A DNA stretch of 64,000 nucleotides from Candidatus Woesearchaeota archaeon. GTDB lineage: Archaea > Nanobdellota > Nanobdellia > Woesearchaeales > SKIA01. The position numbers and the translations under genes were made by a program. The stretch covers positions 128,001-192,000 of the forward strand of contig JBJKRI010000005.1 in NCBI GenBank assembly GCA_046704725.1, in the 5' to 3' direction. This document shows positions 37,685 through 47,270 of the stretch, one piece after another (position 1 is the first letter of the stretch; the number at the start of each line of letters is the position of its first letter). The notes below the pieces were generated by a model. The model was not told where the DNA came from, did not search any database, and saw nothing but the letters and a program-made list of their open reading frames with translations.

Positions 37685-37957
37685 ATGAAGCGCTTCCCCA
37701 AGCTCGTCTCGGCGGACAAGCGCGGGCAGTTCGTCATCCCCAAAGAGGTCCGCGACGCGCTCGACATCGACGAGACCACAGGATTCTACGTCTACATCAT
37801 CCCCGACGAGGGCATCCTGCTCAAGCGCGTCAACCCGCCAGACCTCGAGAACGACAAGACCGTCGACGACCTCAAGCAGCACGCCGAGCAGCTCGGCATC
37901 AGTCCCGAAGCGCTCGACCGCGCCATCAAGGACTACAAGAAGGAGGAAGGGCTATGA
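37685..37957 (+). CDS. AbrB/MazE/SpoVT-family DNA-binding protein
   Basis: DKRGQFVIPKEVR.AL.I, GILLK. Confidence 0.85.
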   Translation: MKRFPKLVSADKRGQFVIPKEVRDALDIDETTGFYVYIIPDEGILLKRVNPPDLENDKTVDDLKQHAEQLGISPEALDRAIKDYKKEEGL

Positions 37958-40131
37958 AACGAGCGATACTCCTCCTCGCCCTCCTGCTCATCGCAGCGAC
38001 GAGCATCGACCAGCTCAACGCCGACTTCAACGCCGGCACGCTCACGAACGTGAACGTCACCAACAACAGCGTCATCCTCAACGGCACTCCAGGCAACTAC
38101 ACCGCGAGCGGAACTTTCCTCAGCAGCATCAAGGACCTCGGGAGCAACCCTGCGGCCACCATCAGCTGGACTGCGTTATCGGGCAGCGGCACGAGCCTGC
38201 TCGTGACGAGCCGGAGCGGGAACACGAGCACGCCCGACAGCAGCTGGAGCGCATGGGCAGGCCCGTACGCGAGCGCCGCCGGAAGCTTCGTGACAGCGCC
38301 GACCGGACGATACCACCAATACCGATTGCAGCTCGCGACCACGAACACGAGCAACACGCCGACCGTGCAGAGCGTCATGCTCACCTACAGCGAGCTCGGA
38401 CCGTCGATCGCGCGATCGAGCACGACAAGCAACCTCACCGAGCAGAGCTCGGGGACCTACTACTATTACGCCACCGCGCAAGACACCGTGCCAATCAGCG
38501 TCGAGGCACGATACAAGATCGGGAGCGACAACTATACAGCATACAGCGCCATGCCAAAATCGGGGAGCACCTACTACATCGGCATCCCGGAGCCGAGCGG
38601 GAACTGGAGCGCCCGCAAAGGCGAGACGCTGTACGTGAACGTGTACGCGAACGACAGCGAGAACCTCAGCACGAATACGACGCTCACCGAGCTCATCGAC
38701 AAGATCAACCAGCCGCCGGTGCTCCAGCCCATATCGAACACGACGGCGACAGAACGCGTGGAAAAGAAGATCTTCATCAGCGGATACGACCCGGACGGGG
38801 ACAACATCACCTTCGGAACGGACCACGGAGTCATCCAGAACCTGAGCGCGACCAGCGCGTACATCGTCTGGACGCCGAACGGAACCCAGACCGGTCTGGT
38901 CAACGTGACGGCGAGCGTGAACGACGGATACACGACGGTGAGCCAGACCTTCGTGGTGAACGTGACGAGCGTGAACGACCCACCGGTCATGGCGGCAGTG
39001 ACGAGCCAGAGCGGCTACTACGGCGACCAGATCGTCTTCGACATCACCGTCCACGACCTCGACCCCAATCAGACGCATATCTACACGGTGGATCCGCCGC
39101 TGTTCGCGGTCAAGGCGTACACCCCCGCGAACGCGAGCCAATACACATACTACGCGCGAGCGAACTTCACCGCGCTCGACAACCAGAAAGGATTCCACAA
39201 TCTCACGTTCACCGTGAGCGACGGTTACGCGACGAGCAGCCAGAACGCCACGCTCAACATCTCGTACTGCGGTGACGGCGTGTGCCAGACCAACGAGAAC
39301 GCGACAGCCTGCGCCGTCGATTGCGCCGCCGCCGTGGCCGCGCCGCAGTATATCGCGATCCAAGTTCCCGACCGGTTGTGCGTGAACAAGACCTTCGACG
39401 TCGAGACCTTCAGCGCTTCGAGCAGATACACTTGCCATTACCAGGGCAAGGCGTTCAACGGCGCCGCGTACTGCGCGCCCCTCGGAGGGGTCGGACTGAC
39501 CGTGTACGCCCTCGACAACGGGATGCGCACGCAGAGCGCGACGCTCACGACCTCAACCAATGGAACCGGTGGCTTCACGCCGCAATCCATCGGCGAGTAC
39601 AAGATCGACGCCGAGAAGACGAACTACATCGGCAGCTCCATCATCGTGACCGTCGGCGACTGCCTGGGGAACATCAGCACAGGTCAAGAGGTCGTCCACT
39701 TCCCGACGCCGCACGTCACGACACTACAGCAAGGACCGAGCGCGCAGAACAGCACGCCGCAGACGCAGCACCCTGCGCTCACACAGCAACAGACTTCGCT
39801 ATTGAGCATCATCATCTGGTACGTGCTCTTGCCCTTGCTGTTGGCGGCGCTCGTGTATACGGGAAACGCCTACTACGAGATCAACAAGGACACGGACGCT
39901 CGCATCCTGCGGGCACGGCTCGCGCTGACAGAACTCTACATCCGGATGACGCCGACAGTGGTGCGGGCGTGGGAGACGATAAAGCCGATCGTGGCACCCC
40001 CTGCGAGATTCGTATGGAACTTCGCGCTCGAACCGTTCTGGCACCTCATCCTGCGGCCCGTCTGGAAGGTCATCAAGCCGTACGCTGAGCAGGTGGGCGA
40101 GATCCTGCGCTGGATCTTCCGACGCATCTAG
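37954..40131 (+). CDS. Large membrane-anchored surface glycoprotein with Ig/cadherin-like repeats
   Basis: Signal peptide, many N-x-S/T sequons, NQPPVL/NDPPV..DPDGD repeats, CGDGVC...E....C..DC motif, C-terminal TM. Confidence 0.85.
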   Translation: MKRAILLLALLLIAATSIDQLNADFNAGTLTNVNVTNNSVILNGTPGNYTASGTFLSSIKDLGSNPAATISWTALSGSGTSLLVTSRSGNTSTPDSSWSAWAGPYASAAGSFVTAPTGRYHQYRLQLATTNTSNTPTVQSVMLTYSELGPSIARSSTTSNLTEQSSGTYYYYATAQDTVPISVEARYKIGSDNYTAYSAMPKSGSTYYIGIPEPSGNWSARKGETLYVNVYANDSENLSTNTTLTELIDKINQPPVLQPISNTTATERVEKKIFISGYDPDGDNITFGTDHGVIQNLSATSAYIVWTPNGTQTGLVNVTASVNDGYTTVSQTFVVNVTSVNDPPVMAAVTSQSGYYGDQIVFDITVHDLDPNQTHIYTVDPPLFAVKAYTPANASQYTYYARANFTALDNQKGFHNLTFTVSDGYATSSQNATLNISYCGDGVCQTNENATACAVDCAAAVAAPQYIAIQVPDRLCVNKTFDVETFSASSRYTCHYQGKAFNGAAYCAPLGGVGLTVYALDNGMRTQSATLTTSTNGTGGFTPQSIGEYKIDAEKTNYIGSSIIVTVGDCLGNISTGQEVVHFPTPHVTTLQQGPSAQNSTPQTQHPALTQQQTSLLSIIIWYVLLPLLLAALVYTGNAYYEINKDTDARILRARLALTELYIRMTPTVVRAWETIKPIVAPPARFVWNFALEPFWHLILRPVWKVIKPYAEQVGEILRWIFRRI

Positions 40132-40169
40132 CGGCAAAGGATTAAGAGGACTGACGCGTTCCCGCTCGC

Positions 40170-40985
40170 ATGCAGGTCAACCGTATCCTCATCGACGGCA
40201 ACGGACGCGCCTTCGTGCAGCAGAAAGGGCAGGACGTGCACTGCCAGCACGGACGCATACGCGCAGCCGATATAGAAGGAGCGGCGAACGGCGATGTTGT
40301 CAATAGCGACCTGGGCGTTGCGCTCGTCGTGATCGCGCCGGCGTTCATCGACCGCTACAAGCGCATCCATCGCGACGCGCAGATCATCACCCTCAAGGAC
40401 GCGGGCGTCATCCTCGCCACTGCCGGGCTCGGATCCGAGAGCGTCGTCGCGGAGGCGGGATCGGGCTCGGGAGCGCTCACCATCTTTCTCGCGCGGCACT
40501 GCAAGCAAGTCTACAGCTATGATATCGACAAGGAGAAGCAAGCGGTGGCGAGAGAGAACGTCGCGCTCTTCTCCATGGAGAACGTGACCTTCCGCGAACA
40601 GGACGCGGCAGCAGGCATACCCGACAACGAACTCGATTGTCTCATCCTCGACTTGCCCGAGCCATGGAACGCGCTGCACGTCGGGGCATTGCGCGTGGGC
40701 GGATATGTCGTGACGTACACGCCGAGCACCACACAGCTCCACAAGACGCGCGAAGCGGCTGAGAAAGCGGGGCTTTCGCACGTGCGCACCGTCGAGGTGA
40801 CCGAACGGCACTGGATGGTGCGCGGACAGGCCGTGCGTCCGACGAGCAGGAACGTCGCGTTCACCGCATTCCTCTCGTTCTTCCGCTGGTACGGCAAGAA
40901 ATGGAAGACGATACGGTCGAAAGAGCCGCCGAAAGGGGAAGGCATGCGCATGCCCCCCGAGGATGTCATGCGCGAGGCGTTCTGA
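40170..40985 (+). CDS. trmI: tRNA (adenine-N1)-methyltransferase TrmI/GCD14 family
   Basis: R.AQII..KD, EAGSGSGALT, LDLPEPW, YTP...Q, E...R.W, VRP. Confidence 0.9.
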   Translation: MQVNRILIDGNGRAFVQQKGQDVHCQHGRIRAADIEGAANGDVVNSDLGVALVVIAPAFIDRYKRIHRDAQIITLKDAGVILATAGLGSESVVAEAGSGSGALTIFLARHCKQVYSYDIDKEKQAVARENVALFSMENVTFREQDAAAGIPDNELDCLILDLPEPWNALHVGALRVGGYVVTYTPSTTQLHKTREAAEKAGLSHVRTVEVTERHWMVRGQAVRPTSRNVAFTAFLSFFRWYGKKWKTIRSKEPPKGEGMRMPPEDVMREAF

Positions 40986-41275
40986 TGCGGTACGGATTGC
41001 GAATATCGCTGACCGCGGCGCTCACACTCGCGCTGGGTGCTGGAGGCTTTTTCGGGTATGAGGCGTACGAAGGACGCGAGTACGCGAGAACGCACACCTG
41101 CGAGCAGGTGCGGGGATCCCTGTTCAGCTCCTTGCTCCCTGCATATGAATGGGCGCTGCACCACTATGCGCGAGGGCGCTGCACGGACCTGAAGTACGCG
41201 AGCAATCCGATGCCCGAGACGAAGCAGAGCGCTCCCCAGACAGCCGCGTACGCGACGAAGAACGTCTCCGGATAG
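40985..41275 (+). CDS. Hypothetical protein with N-terminal TM
   Basis: TGATG coupling to trmI; 3' end overlaps the convergent gene by 112 nt. Confidence 0.45.
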   Translation: MRYGLRISLTAALTLALGAGGFFGYEAYEGREYARTHTCEQVRGSLFSSLLPAYEWALHHYARGRCTDLKYASNPMPETKQSAPQTAAYATKNVSG

Positions 41276-41682
41276 GTCTGGATGATGAGCGATGACGCCG
41301 GGAACATCCAGTCGCCCTGCGGGAACAAGAGCGCATGCATGCCCGTGAACGCCGCATTCCACGGGATGAGCGCGAGGACGACCGGGATGGCGGCAAGCGC
41401 GCCGCCGGCCCAGAGCGCGATGCTCTTGTCCAAGAAGAAGGCCCAGAGCGCGAGGATGACTGCGAGCGCGGTGACGATGCGCGCGAGAAGCAGGACATGA
41501 TAGACATCGCCCATGTGGTGGTTGGCGTCGGACGAGAACGGCAGCTGGCCCTGTCCGGTCTCCATGTAGGACTTGACCTGCAGGCGCAACGGCGTGTTCG
41601 CGTGGAAGGCGAAGACCGCGAAGAACAATACTCCAGCGATAGCGAGCACGGCGAGGACGCTTCCGATGATCCGCACGAGCAT
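41164..41682 (-). CDS. DUF1461-like integral membrane protein
   Basis: HM.DV, F...H.LLFP.G.W.F...S..I..YPE.FF. Confidence 0.8.
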   Translation of the reverse strand: MLVRIIGSVLAVLAIAGVLFFAVFAFHANTPLRLQVKSYMETGQGQLPFSSDANHHMGDVYHVLLLARIVTALAVILALWAFFLDKSIALWAGGALAAIPVVLALIPWNAAFTGMHALLFPQGDWMFPASSLIIQTYPETFFVAYAAVWGALCFVSGIGLLAYFRSVQRPRA

Positions 41683-41759
41683 GCGATACGCATCCTGCCC
41701 TTGGATATAATGCTTTTGCGAAGCGACAAGCAGAAAAAGGAGAGGGATAAGATAGAGCC

Positions 41760-42347
41760 ATGCTCTCGCACATCTTCAGCCTCTCCGAGGGGATATCCAC
41801 GGTGCTTCCCTTGGCATTGTTCGCCATCGGCGTGGCGGTCTACACCGTCTTCATCTGGAAGTTCTATCGTTTTCTCGCGCGGCGGGACATCCTCAAGCTC
41901 GACCTCAACCAGTACAACACCCTCACGCACCCTCTCTTCGAGAAGGCCGCGGCCGTGTTCTTCTACGCGTTGCAGTTCCTCGTCGTGTTCCCCGCGCTCG
42001 TGTTCTTCTGGTTCCTCGTATTGACGGCGCTTCTCATATTCCTCGCGGAGAAGCAAGGGCTCGAGAACATCCTGCTGGTCGCGATGGCCGTGGTCGCGGC
42101 GGTACGCATCACTGCGTACGTGAGCGAGGACATCAGCAAGGATGTGGCGAAACTGCTTCCGTTCGCGCTGCTCGGCGTGTTCCTCGTGGACGTCACGTAC
42201 TTCAACCTGTCCAAGTCGCTCACGATGATCGGCCAGCTGCCAGGGGAGTGGGTGACGCTCGTGTACTACCTGCTCTTCGCGGTCGGACTCGAGATCGTGC
42301 TGCGCATCCTCTCCCCTCTCCTCCAGGCGCTGGGCAAGGGAGACTGA
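41760..42347 (+). CDS. Hypothetical membrane protein
   Basis: Multiple TMs; FYRFLA.RD, VRITAY.SEDISKDVAK.LP. Confidence 0.8.
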   Translation: MLSHIFSLSEGISTVLPLALFAIGVAVYTVFIWKFYRFLARRDILKLDLNQYNTLTHPLFEKAAAVFFYALQFLVVFPALVFFWFLVLTALLIFLAEKQGLENILLVAMAVVAAVRITAYVSEDISKDVAKLLPFALLGVFLVDVTYFNLSKSLTMIGQLPGEWVTLVYYLLFAVGLEIVLRILSPLLQALGKGD

Positions 42348-42350
42348 AGA

Positions 42351-43049
42351 CTATTGCAGACGCACGCCTGCTGAGACGTACGTGACTGTGGGCAACCCGT
42401 TGAATCCGTACTGGCGATGCAATCCAAAACGCACTCCGATGCCATCGATCTTCGTGGTCAGGTCTGCTCCAACATCGATGCGTCCCAAGCCGTTGTGGGT
42501 AAAGAAATCATCGAGATACGCTGCCTGCATGCAAGGATCGATGCTGAGACCCACTTCATTGGCACGCAGCGCGATAGGCTTATTGATCTGGAGCGTTGTG
42601 AGCGAACCGCTTCGTTGCGGATTGCGGGAGATCACTTGACGGTACATCGCTTGCGCGTCGAGTGTGCCGTTGTATGTCGCTCCCATCTTCGCCGCGACAT
42701 CCTGGTTTCCCAGGCGCCCGGACGGGTACTTCCAGACGGCCGCCACGGCAGAGATCGTTAGACCGTCAGCGACGCGCTTGTTCACGCTGATGCTGCCGTC
42801 AATCTCGTCGAGCCCGCTTTCGGGATTCTCATCGAACCAGACGTACGCGGAGATGCTCTTGTTCGCGTAGGGGATGAGCGCGTCGATGACGGGGCCCTTG
42901 CTCATGACAAAGCCCGCCGGACGCACGTCGCGGCTGCGGACCTCGATGGACTGTGCGGCTGCCTGGGAGGCACTGAAAGCGGAGAGAGCGACAATAGCGG
43001 CTCCCGCCGCGAGCGACGCCCAACGACTTCTCCTGCGGTGCGCGGTCAT
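42351..43049 (-). CDS. Secreted beta-rich protein, outer-membrane-barrel-like
   Basis: Signal peptide ending AAA; alternating amphipathic strands; C-terminal YVSAGVRLQ. Confidence 0.6.
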   Translation of the reverse strand: MTAHRRRSRWASLAAGAAIVALSAFSASQAAAQSIEVRSRDVRPAGFVMSKGPVIDALIPYANKSISAYVWFDENPESGLDEIDGSISVNKRVADGLTISAVAAVWKYPSGRLGNQDVAAKMGATYNGTLDAQAMYRQVISRNPQRSGSLTTLQINKPIALRANEVGLSIDPCMQAAYLDDFFTHNGLGRIDVGADLTTKIDGIGVRFGLHRQYGFNGLPTVTYVSAGVRLQ

Positions 43050-43864
43050 GCTGTCCTCACCACTCTTCTGTGCGCTGACGTGTATGCCATCTCCGTGGTT
43101 GTCTCGTATGTGGGATATCCCGCTTCGCGCATTGCAGCTATCAGCTTCGGATGGCGCTCCGCAATAACGTCGAAGCCGACTTTGCGTACCTGTCGCTTGT
43201 ACTCGCGCATGGTGATAGGCATGTTATCGATTGCAACCTCAATCCGGGTGTCGTTCCATCCGAGATGGAAACCTGCTTTGGTCCCGTCCGTCAACCTATA
43301 GACTGCGTTGCTCCACGTCTTTGGTTTGTAGTCGTCGTGCTCTGTTACAGAGATCTCAGTCATCGCAAATCGGAGTCTATTGAACGCCTTGCTCGCGTCC
43401 TCGTGCTGCCAGTGTTCGTCAACGTCTCTACTGTCGATGTATCCTGAGGCGTGAGCGTATGGCGCTGGCGTCATCCGCGGTTCGCGCACGCATACCTTTA
43501 TACCGAGGGCGGTGGCGACCTCCGTCGCCACGTCTAAGGCCTTTCTTCGGCAGCCTTCCATCGCCCCCTTTCGCGTCCAATAGTTGCCAATATGTTCACC
43601 TGCGGTCAGGTGCGTGAACCCACGAACGCGATATCGTCTCCAGTGCCCTTCAGCAATGGGCATGAAATGCTCGATGGCCTGCTTGGTAGGGCCGATTTCG
43701 TGCGGATCGTCAGAGTCCAGAAGAACTCCTATTCCTTCCGGAGTCTCCCTCACGCTCACAAAGCGCGTGACGGTCTTCCCATGCTCTTTGTTCCACTCGT
43801 CACCGTGTTCTATGGCTGAGCGGTATGCCTTGATACTGTCAGTGAGTGAGTCTTTCCGTATCAT
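43046..43864 (-). CDS. Hypothetical orphan protein
   Basis: 272-aa ORF coupled (ATGA) to the next gene, divergent from TrmB-family gene. Confidence 0.65.
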   Translation of the reverse strand: MIRKDSLTDSIKAYRSAIEHGDEWNKEHGKTVTRFVSVRETPEGIGVLLDSDDPHEIGPTKQAIEHFMPIAEGHWRRYRVRGFTHLTAGEHIGNYWTRKGAMEGCRRKALDVATEVATALGIKVCVREPRMTPAPYAHASGYIDSRDVDEHWQHEDASKAFNRLRFAMTEISVTEHDDYKPKTWSNAVYRLTDGTKAGFHLGWNDTRIEVAIDNMPITMREYKRQVRKVGFDVIAERHPKLIAAMREAGYPTYETTTEMAYTSAHRRVVRTA

Positions 43865-43868
43865 ATGC

Positions 43869-43895
43869 ACTACTTACTCGTAGTACTATAACTAC
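43869..43895. promoter_or_regulatory. Candidate TrmB operator (TACT-CGT-AGTA at 43875-43885 within ACTAC-N6-GTAGT-N6-ACTAC)
   Basis: Nested palindromes in the short divergent intergenic region next to a TrmB gene. Confidence 0.5.
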
Positions 43896-43923
43896 ATATA
43901 TCCTCTCAATAAGGAGGATAGTG

Positions 43924-44649
43924 ATGGATACTGCCGTCCTCGAGGACCTGGGGCTCACGCACGCCGAGATCACGGTCTACGTGACCCTCCTGGAGCTGGG
44001 CTCCGCGCACGCCGGGCAGGTGCTGGAAAAGAGCGGGCTCGCCAATTCTGTCGTGCACCGGGCACTCAACAGCCTCATCGAGAAAGGCATCGTCAACTAC
44101 GTGCTCGAAGGACGACGACGCGTCTACCACGCCACCGATCCCGAATCGTTCTACGGCTACATCGACGAGAAGAAACGACAATTCACCGAGATCCTGCCGG
44201 CGCTCAAGGAGAAGCAGAAGCTCGCCGGAACTTCGGAGGCAGCGCGCATCTACAAAGGGCTGCGAGGTATCAAGGAAGTGTACAGCATCATGATCGAGGG
44301 CGGCCCGGAATACCTCACCTTCGGCGGAGGCCATGCGGTGGCCGAACGGATGGGGATGGCCTGGTGGCGGAACCTGCACACGAGGCGCATCGCGAAACGA
44401 TTGCCGTCACGGCAGGTCTTCGACGAGAGCGTGCGCGCGCAGAGCGGCGACATCGCGGGCAGGCCTATCACGAGCATCCGCTGGCTGCCGGCCGAGTTCG
44501 CATCGTTCCAGGAGACGGTGATCGTCGGCGACAAGGTCGCCATCAACGTCTTCACCGAAGAGCCATACAGCTTCCTCATCGAGGACGCGTCCGTCGCGGA
44601 AGGCTACAAGAAGCACTTCGAGGTGCTCTGGGAGCGCGCGAAAGCGTGA
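43924..44649 (+). CDS. TrmB-family transcription regulator
   Basis: L.DLGLT..E..VY..LL..G, V...L..L.EKG.V, Y.G..G.K, I.GDKV, F..LW; GGAGG SD. Confidence 0.9.
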   Translation: MDTAVLEDLGLTHAEITVYVTLLELGSAHAGQVLEKSGLANSVVHRALNSLIEKGIVNYVLEGRRRVYHATDPESFYGYIDEKKRQFTEILPALKEKQKLAGTSEAARIYKGLRGIKEVYSIMIEGGPEYLTFGGGHAVAERMGMAWWRNLHTRRIAKRLPSRQVFDESVRAQSGDIAGRPITSIRWLPAEFASFQETVIVGDKVAINVFTEEPYSFLIEDASVAEGYKKHFEVLWERAKA

Positions 44650-44665
44650 TGCATCTCTCTGTGAT

Positions 44666-46513
44666 TCACTCCCACTCCGTCGTCCCTGGGGGCTTGGCGG
44701 TGAGGTCGTACACGACGCGCGCGACCCCAGGAAGCTCCCTTAGCTGCGAGACGATATCCGATAGAACGTCCAATGGGATATCCTTCCCAGGGACCGCGGG
44801 CAAGCCGGTCATGAAGTCGCGCGTAATAAAGGGCCGCAAAGCGATAGAGCGTTTGCCCTTTTCGCCAAAGTCAGCGGGAAAGACGATGACCGGCACTTGG
44901 CTCAGTCGCCGATGCACGCCTGCCTTCCGAAGTGTGCTCTGTACGATGGCATCTGCTTCTCGAGCCAACGAAACCACAGCCTGACTTAGGCGCGTGTCCG
45001 TAACCTGCCCTTCGTCGCAACCCCCGAATGCGTATACGACGCGGTTCACTTGATGAACTTGGCGTGGAATTTCCTTGGCGGTACGCAGTAGATCGGGCCA
45101 ACGATCCTCTCCGGAAAGACACGCAAGAAGGCCGTACGATCGACCGTCGCCCTGCACTCCGACGGTCCGCACCGGTAGCACCGTTGCGGTTATGCCATTT
45201 CCGGAGAACTTCTGTACTCTTGCTCTCACAGCATCCAATTCTTCATGGGCGCTGGAAGTTGAGGTGCACAGGACCCGTACAGCAAGGCCTGGCCCAGGGA
45301 AAGGTTGTCGTTCAACGAGCTCGTTGGGCAGTCCGAGCATATGGCCGAGCTCCCGTACTTCATCTTTGTGCAAGTCCTTCAGTGGTTCAATGACTTTTCC
45401 CTTTCGTCGAAGTTCGCGCACGAGGGCGGTATCGTTATGATGTGTCTTTATCGTGGAGGCGCGAGCACTTGCCATCTCGGATGCACTCTCAATCAGGTCC
45501 GGGCGCAACGTTCCTTGCGCGAGAAACGTCCGGTCGTCGGGGAGACTGAGCTCGTCCAGATGCTGCTGCGCGACGCGGATGAACGTGTCCCCGATAATCT
45601 TGCGCTTCTCCTCGGGACTGCGCACTTCCCCCAGCGGTCCGATTCTTTTCCCATCCACTTCCGTGGTCGCAGAGAAGAACTCCTTGGAGGCGTCCACGAC
45701 ACGAAGATCGACACCGAGCGGCGCCAGTGCCTTGCGCACAGCTGCGCTCTCGTTCTTACGCATGAATCCCGTGTCGATGTGGAGGGCGTGTACATGCTCT
45801 GGGGGAATCGCTTTTGCGACGAGCGCAGCGCACACCGTGCTATCCACGCCTCCTGAGACGAGGACGAGCACATGAGAATCTCCTACTGTGTCAATGATGC
45901 CCTGGAGTGCCTCCTCTTCTCGGCTCTCCATCTGGAAATCTCCCGTGCAACCACAGATATCATACAGGAAATTCCGGAGCATCTGCGTGCCGTTCTCCGT
46001 GAGATCGACCTCCGGATGGAACTGCACGCCGAAGAGCTTGCGCCCTGGGTCGTCGATAGCTGCAACGATATCGCCAGAGAGGGCTGTGGTCCGAAAACCG
46101 GGAGCGAGTCGCTCGATGCTGTCTCCATGCGTGAGCAGCACCTGTTGCGGAGACGAGAGACCCTTGAACATCGCGCTTTCTTCTACGATGTCTATTGGGT
46201 ATTGACCGTCCTCCCGCTGCTGCTTGCGTTCAATGCCGCCCCCCAGGGCGTAATTCATCAATTGCATGCCATAGCAGATGCCGAGGATTGGTACACCGAC
46301 CTCGAAAAGCTTCGGATGCGCCTTGGGAGCGGACGGGTCATACACGCTCTCCGGGCCGCCAGAGATGATGATGCCGCTGAATCCCTTCAATACTTCCGGA
46401 TTGCTGTCGAGCGGGAGTATGTCGCTACGGATGTTGAGCTCTCGCACTCGGCGGTCTATCACCTTTCCGTACTGCGCGCCTGCGTCGAGAATCGCGACTT
46501 TCTCCGGATGCAT
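44666..46513 (-). CDS. guaA: GMP synthase (glutamine-hydrolysing), fused long form
   Basis: ILDAGAQY, SGGP.SV, LGICYGMQ, QFHPEV, SGGVDS, IKTHHN, PFPGPGL, KPPGTTEWE. Confidence 0.96.
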   Translation of the reverse strand: MHPEKVAILDAGAQYGKVIDRRVRELNIRSDILPLDSNPEVLKGFSGIIISGGPESVYDPSAPKAHPKLFEVGVPILGICYGMQLMNYALGGGIERKQQREDGQYPIDIVEESAMFKGLSSPQQVLLTHGDSIERLAPGFRTTALSGDIVAAIDDPGRKLFGVQFHPEVDLTENGTQMLRNFLYDICGCTGDFQMESREEEALQGIIDTVGDSHVLVLVSGGVDSTVCAALVAKAIPPEHVHALHIDTGFMRKNESAAVRKALAPLGVDLRVVDASKEFFSATTEVDGKRIGPLGEVRSPEEKRKIIGDTFIRVAQQHLDELSLPDDRTFLAQGTLRPDLIESASEMASARASTIKTHHNDTALVRELRRKGKVIEPLKDLHKDEVRELGHMLGLPNELVERQPFPGPGLAVRVLCTSTSSAHEELDAVRARVQKFSGNGITATVLPVRTVGVQGDGRSYGLLACLSGEDRWPDLLRTAKEIPRQVHQVNRVVYAFGGCDEGQVTDTRLSQAVVSLAREADAIVQSTLRKAGVHRRLSQVPVIVFPADFGEKGKRSIALRPFITRDFMTGLPAVPGKDIPLDVLSDIVSQLRELPGVARVVYDLTAKPPGTTEWE

Positions 46514-46564
46514 TTCGATTTTGGAAGCATAGGTTTCTTAAAAACACGTCGACAGGAGACTCAG

Positions 46565-47269
46565 GTGAGCAAGGAATCAGTGGCTCTCGCTGTTGAAGAG
46601 GCGTTTTCCTCCAGAACATATGGTATGGCTTTCCTCACAGAACGGCCCTTCCTGTGGAATCTGCCGCTCATGTATTTCGAGGATGGACTCTCGTTGCGAA
46701 AAAGATTTTTTGAATGCGCGCAAGCTGCTCTTCTCTTGTATGAGCGCCTGGCGAACGAGAACCTGGCCGCAACCATCTGCAGAGGAAAGGACGCTTTGGG
46801 GCTATTCGCTCCTGATGGACACTATTTCGTTGAATGTGAAGGCGTACAGTTGGATGCCACAGGGTTGTACGAAGTCATTAATCCAGGTCATACGAAAACT
46901 GCCAGTGTATCTTACGAGGGCGTCAGAGAATCGCTTGTTCGGCAGCATTGGGTGCCTTTTCCCCACTCAACCATGATCCCTCTCGGAGCGGATAGACGAT
47001 TGAAGACTGCCTCGTTTATCTCTGTACTATACCCTGAGTATCTTCGAGCGAACCAGTTCGGCTTCAAGACAAGGCCGCTGCTCGATGACTTTGTGTTCAA
47101 ATATACCGTCCGACATCCTGGTATTGAGGAGTCCGTATTGCTCAGCGCTCGCGATGCGAAAGAACTCGTGTTTCGTAATAGGCCGGGAAAGCTTGTGCAC
47201 AATGGACTCCAGAACGATCTCGGAGTATTGACGAAGTTTGTGGCGCGATTCCGCGAGGCATTCCCCTGA
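46565..47269 (+). CDS. Hypothetical orphan protein (start uncertain)
   Basis: Open frame divergent from guaA, visibly more AT-rich; TTAAAA box upstream. Confidence 0.55.
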   Translation: MSKESVALAVEEAFSSRTYGMAFLTERPFLWNLPLMYFEDGLSLRKRFFECAQAALLLYERLANENLAATICRGKDALGLFAPDGHYFVECEGVQLDATGLYEVINPGHTKTASVSYEGVRESLVRQHWVPFPHSTMIPLGADRRLKTASFISVLYPEYLRANQFGFKTRPLLDDFVFKYTVRHPGIEESVLLSARDAKELVFRNRPGKLVHNGLQNDLGVLTKFVARFREAFP

Positions 47270-47270
47270 T

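Noticed and set aside
37374-37953. Upstream extensions of the VOC gene (to 37571) and the surface protein (from 37630)
   Set aside because: They run through a tRNA and the AbrB gene; better starts are at 37373 and 37954.
45872-46564. 5' half of the 465-aa ORF 45872-47269
   Set aside because: Antisense to guaA; only the non-overlapping part is plausible.
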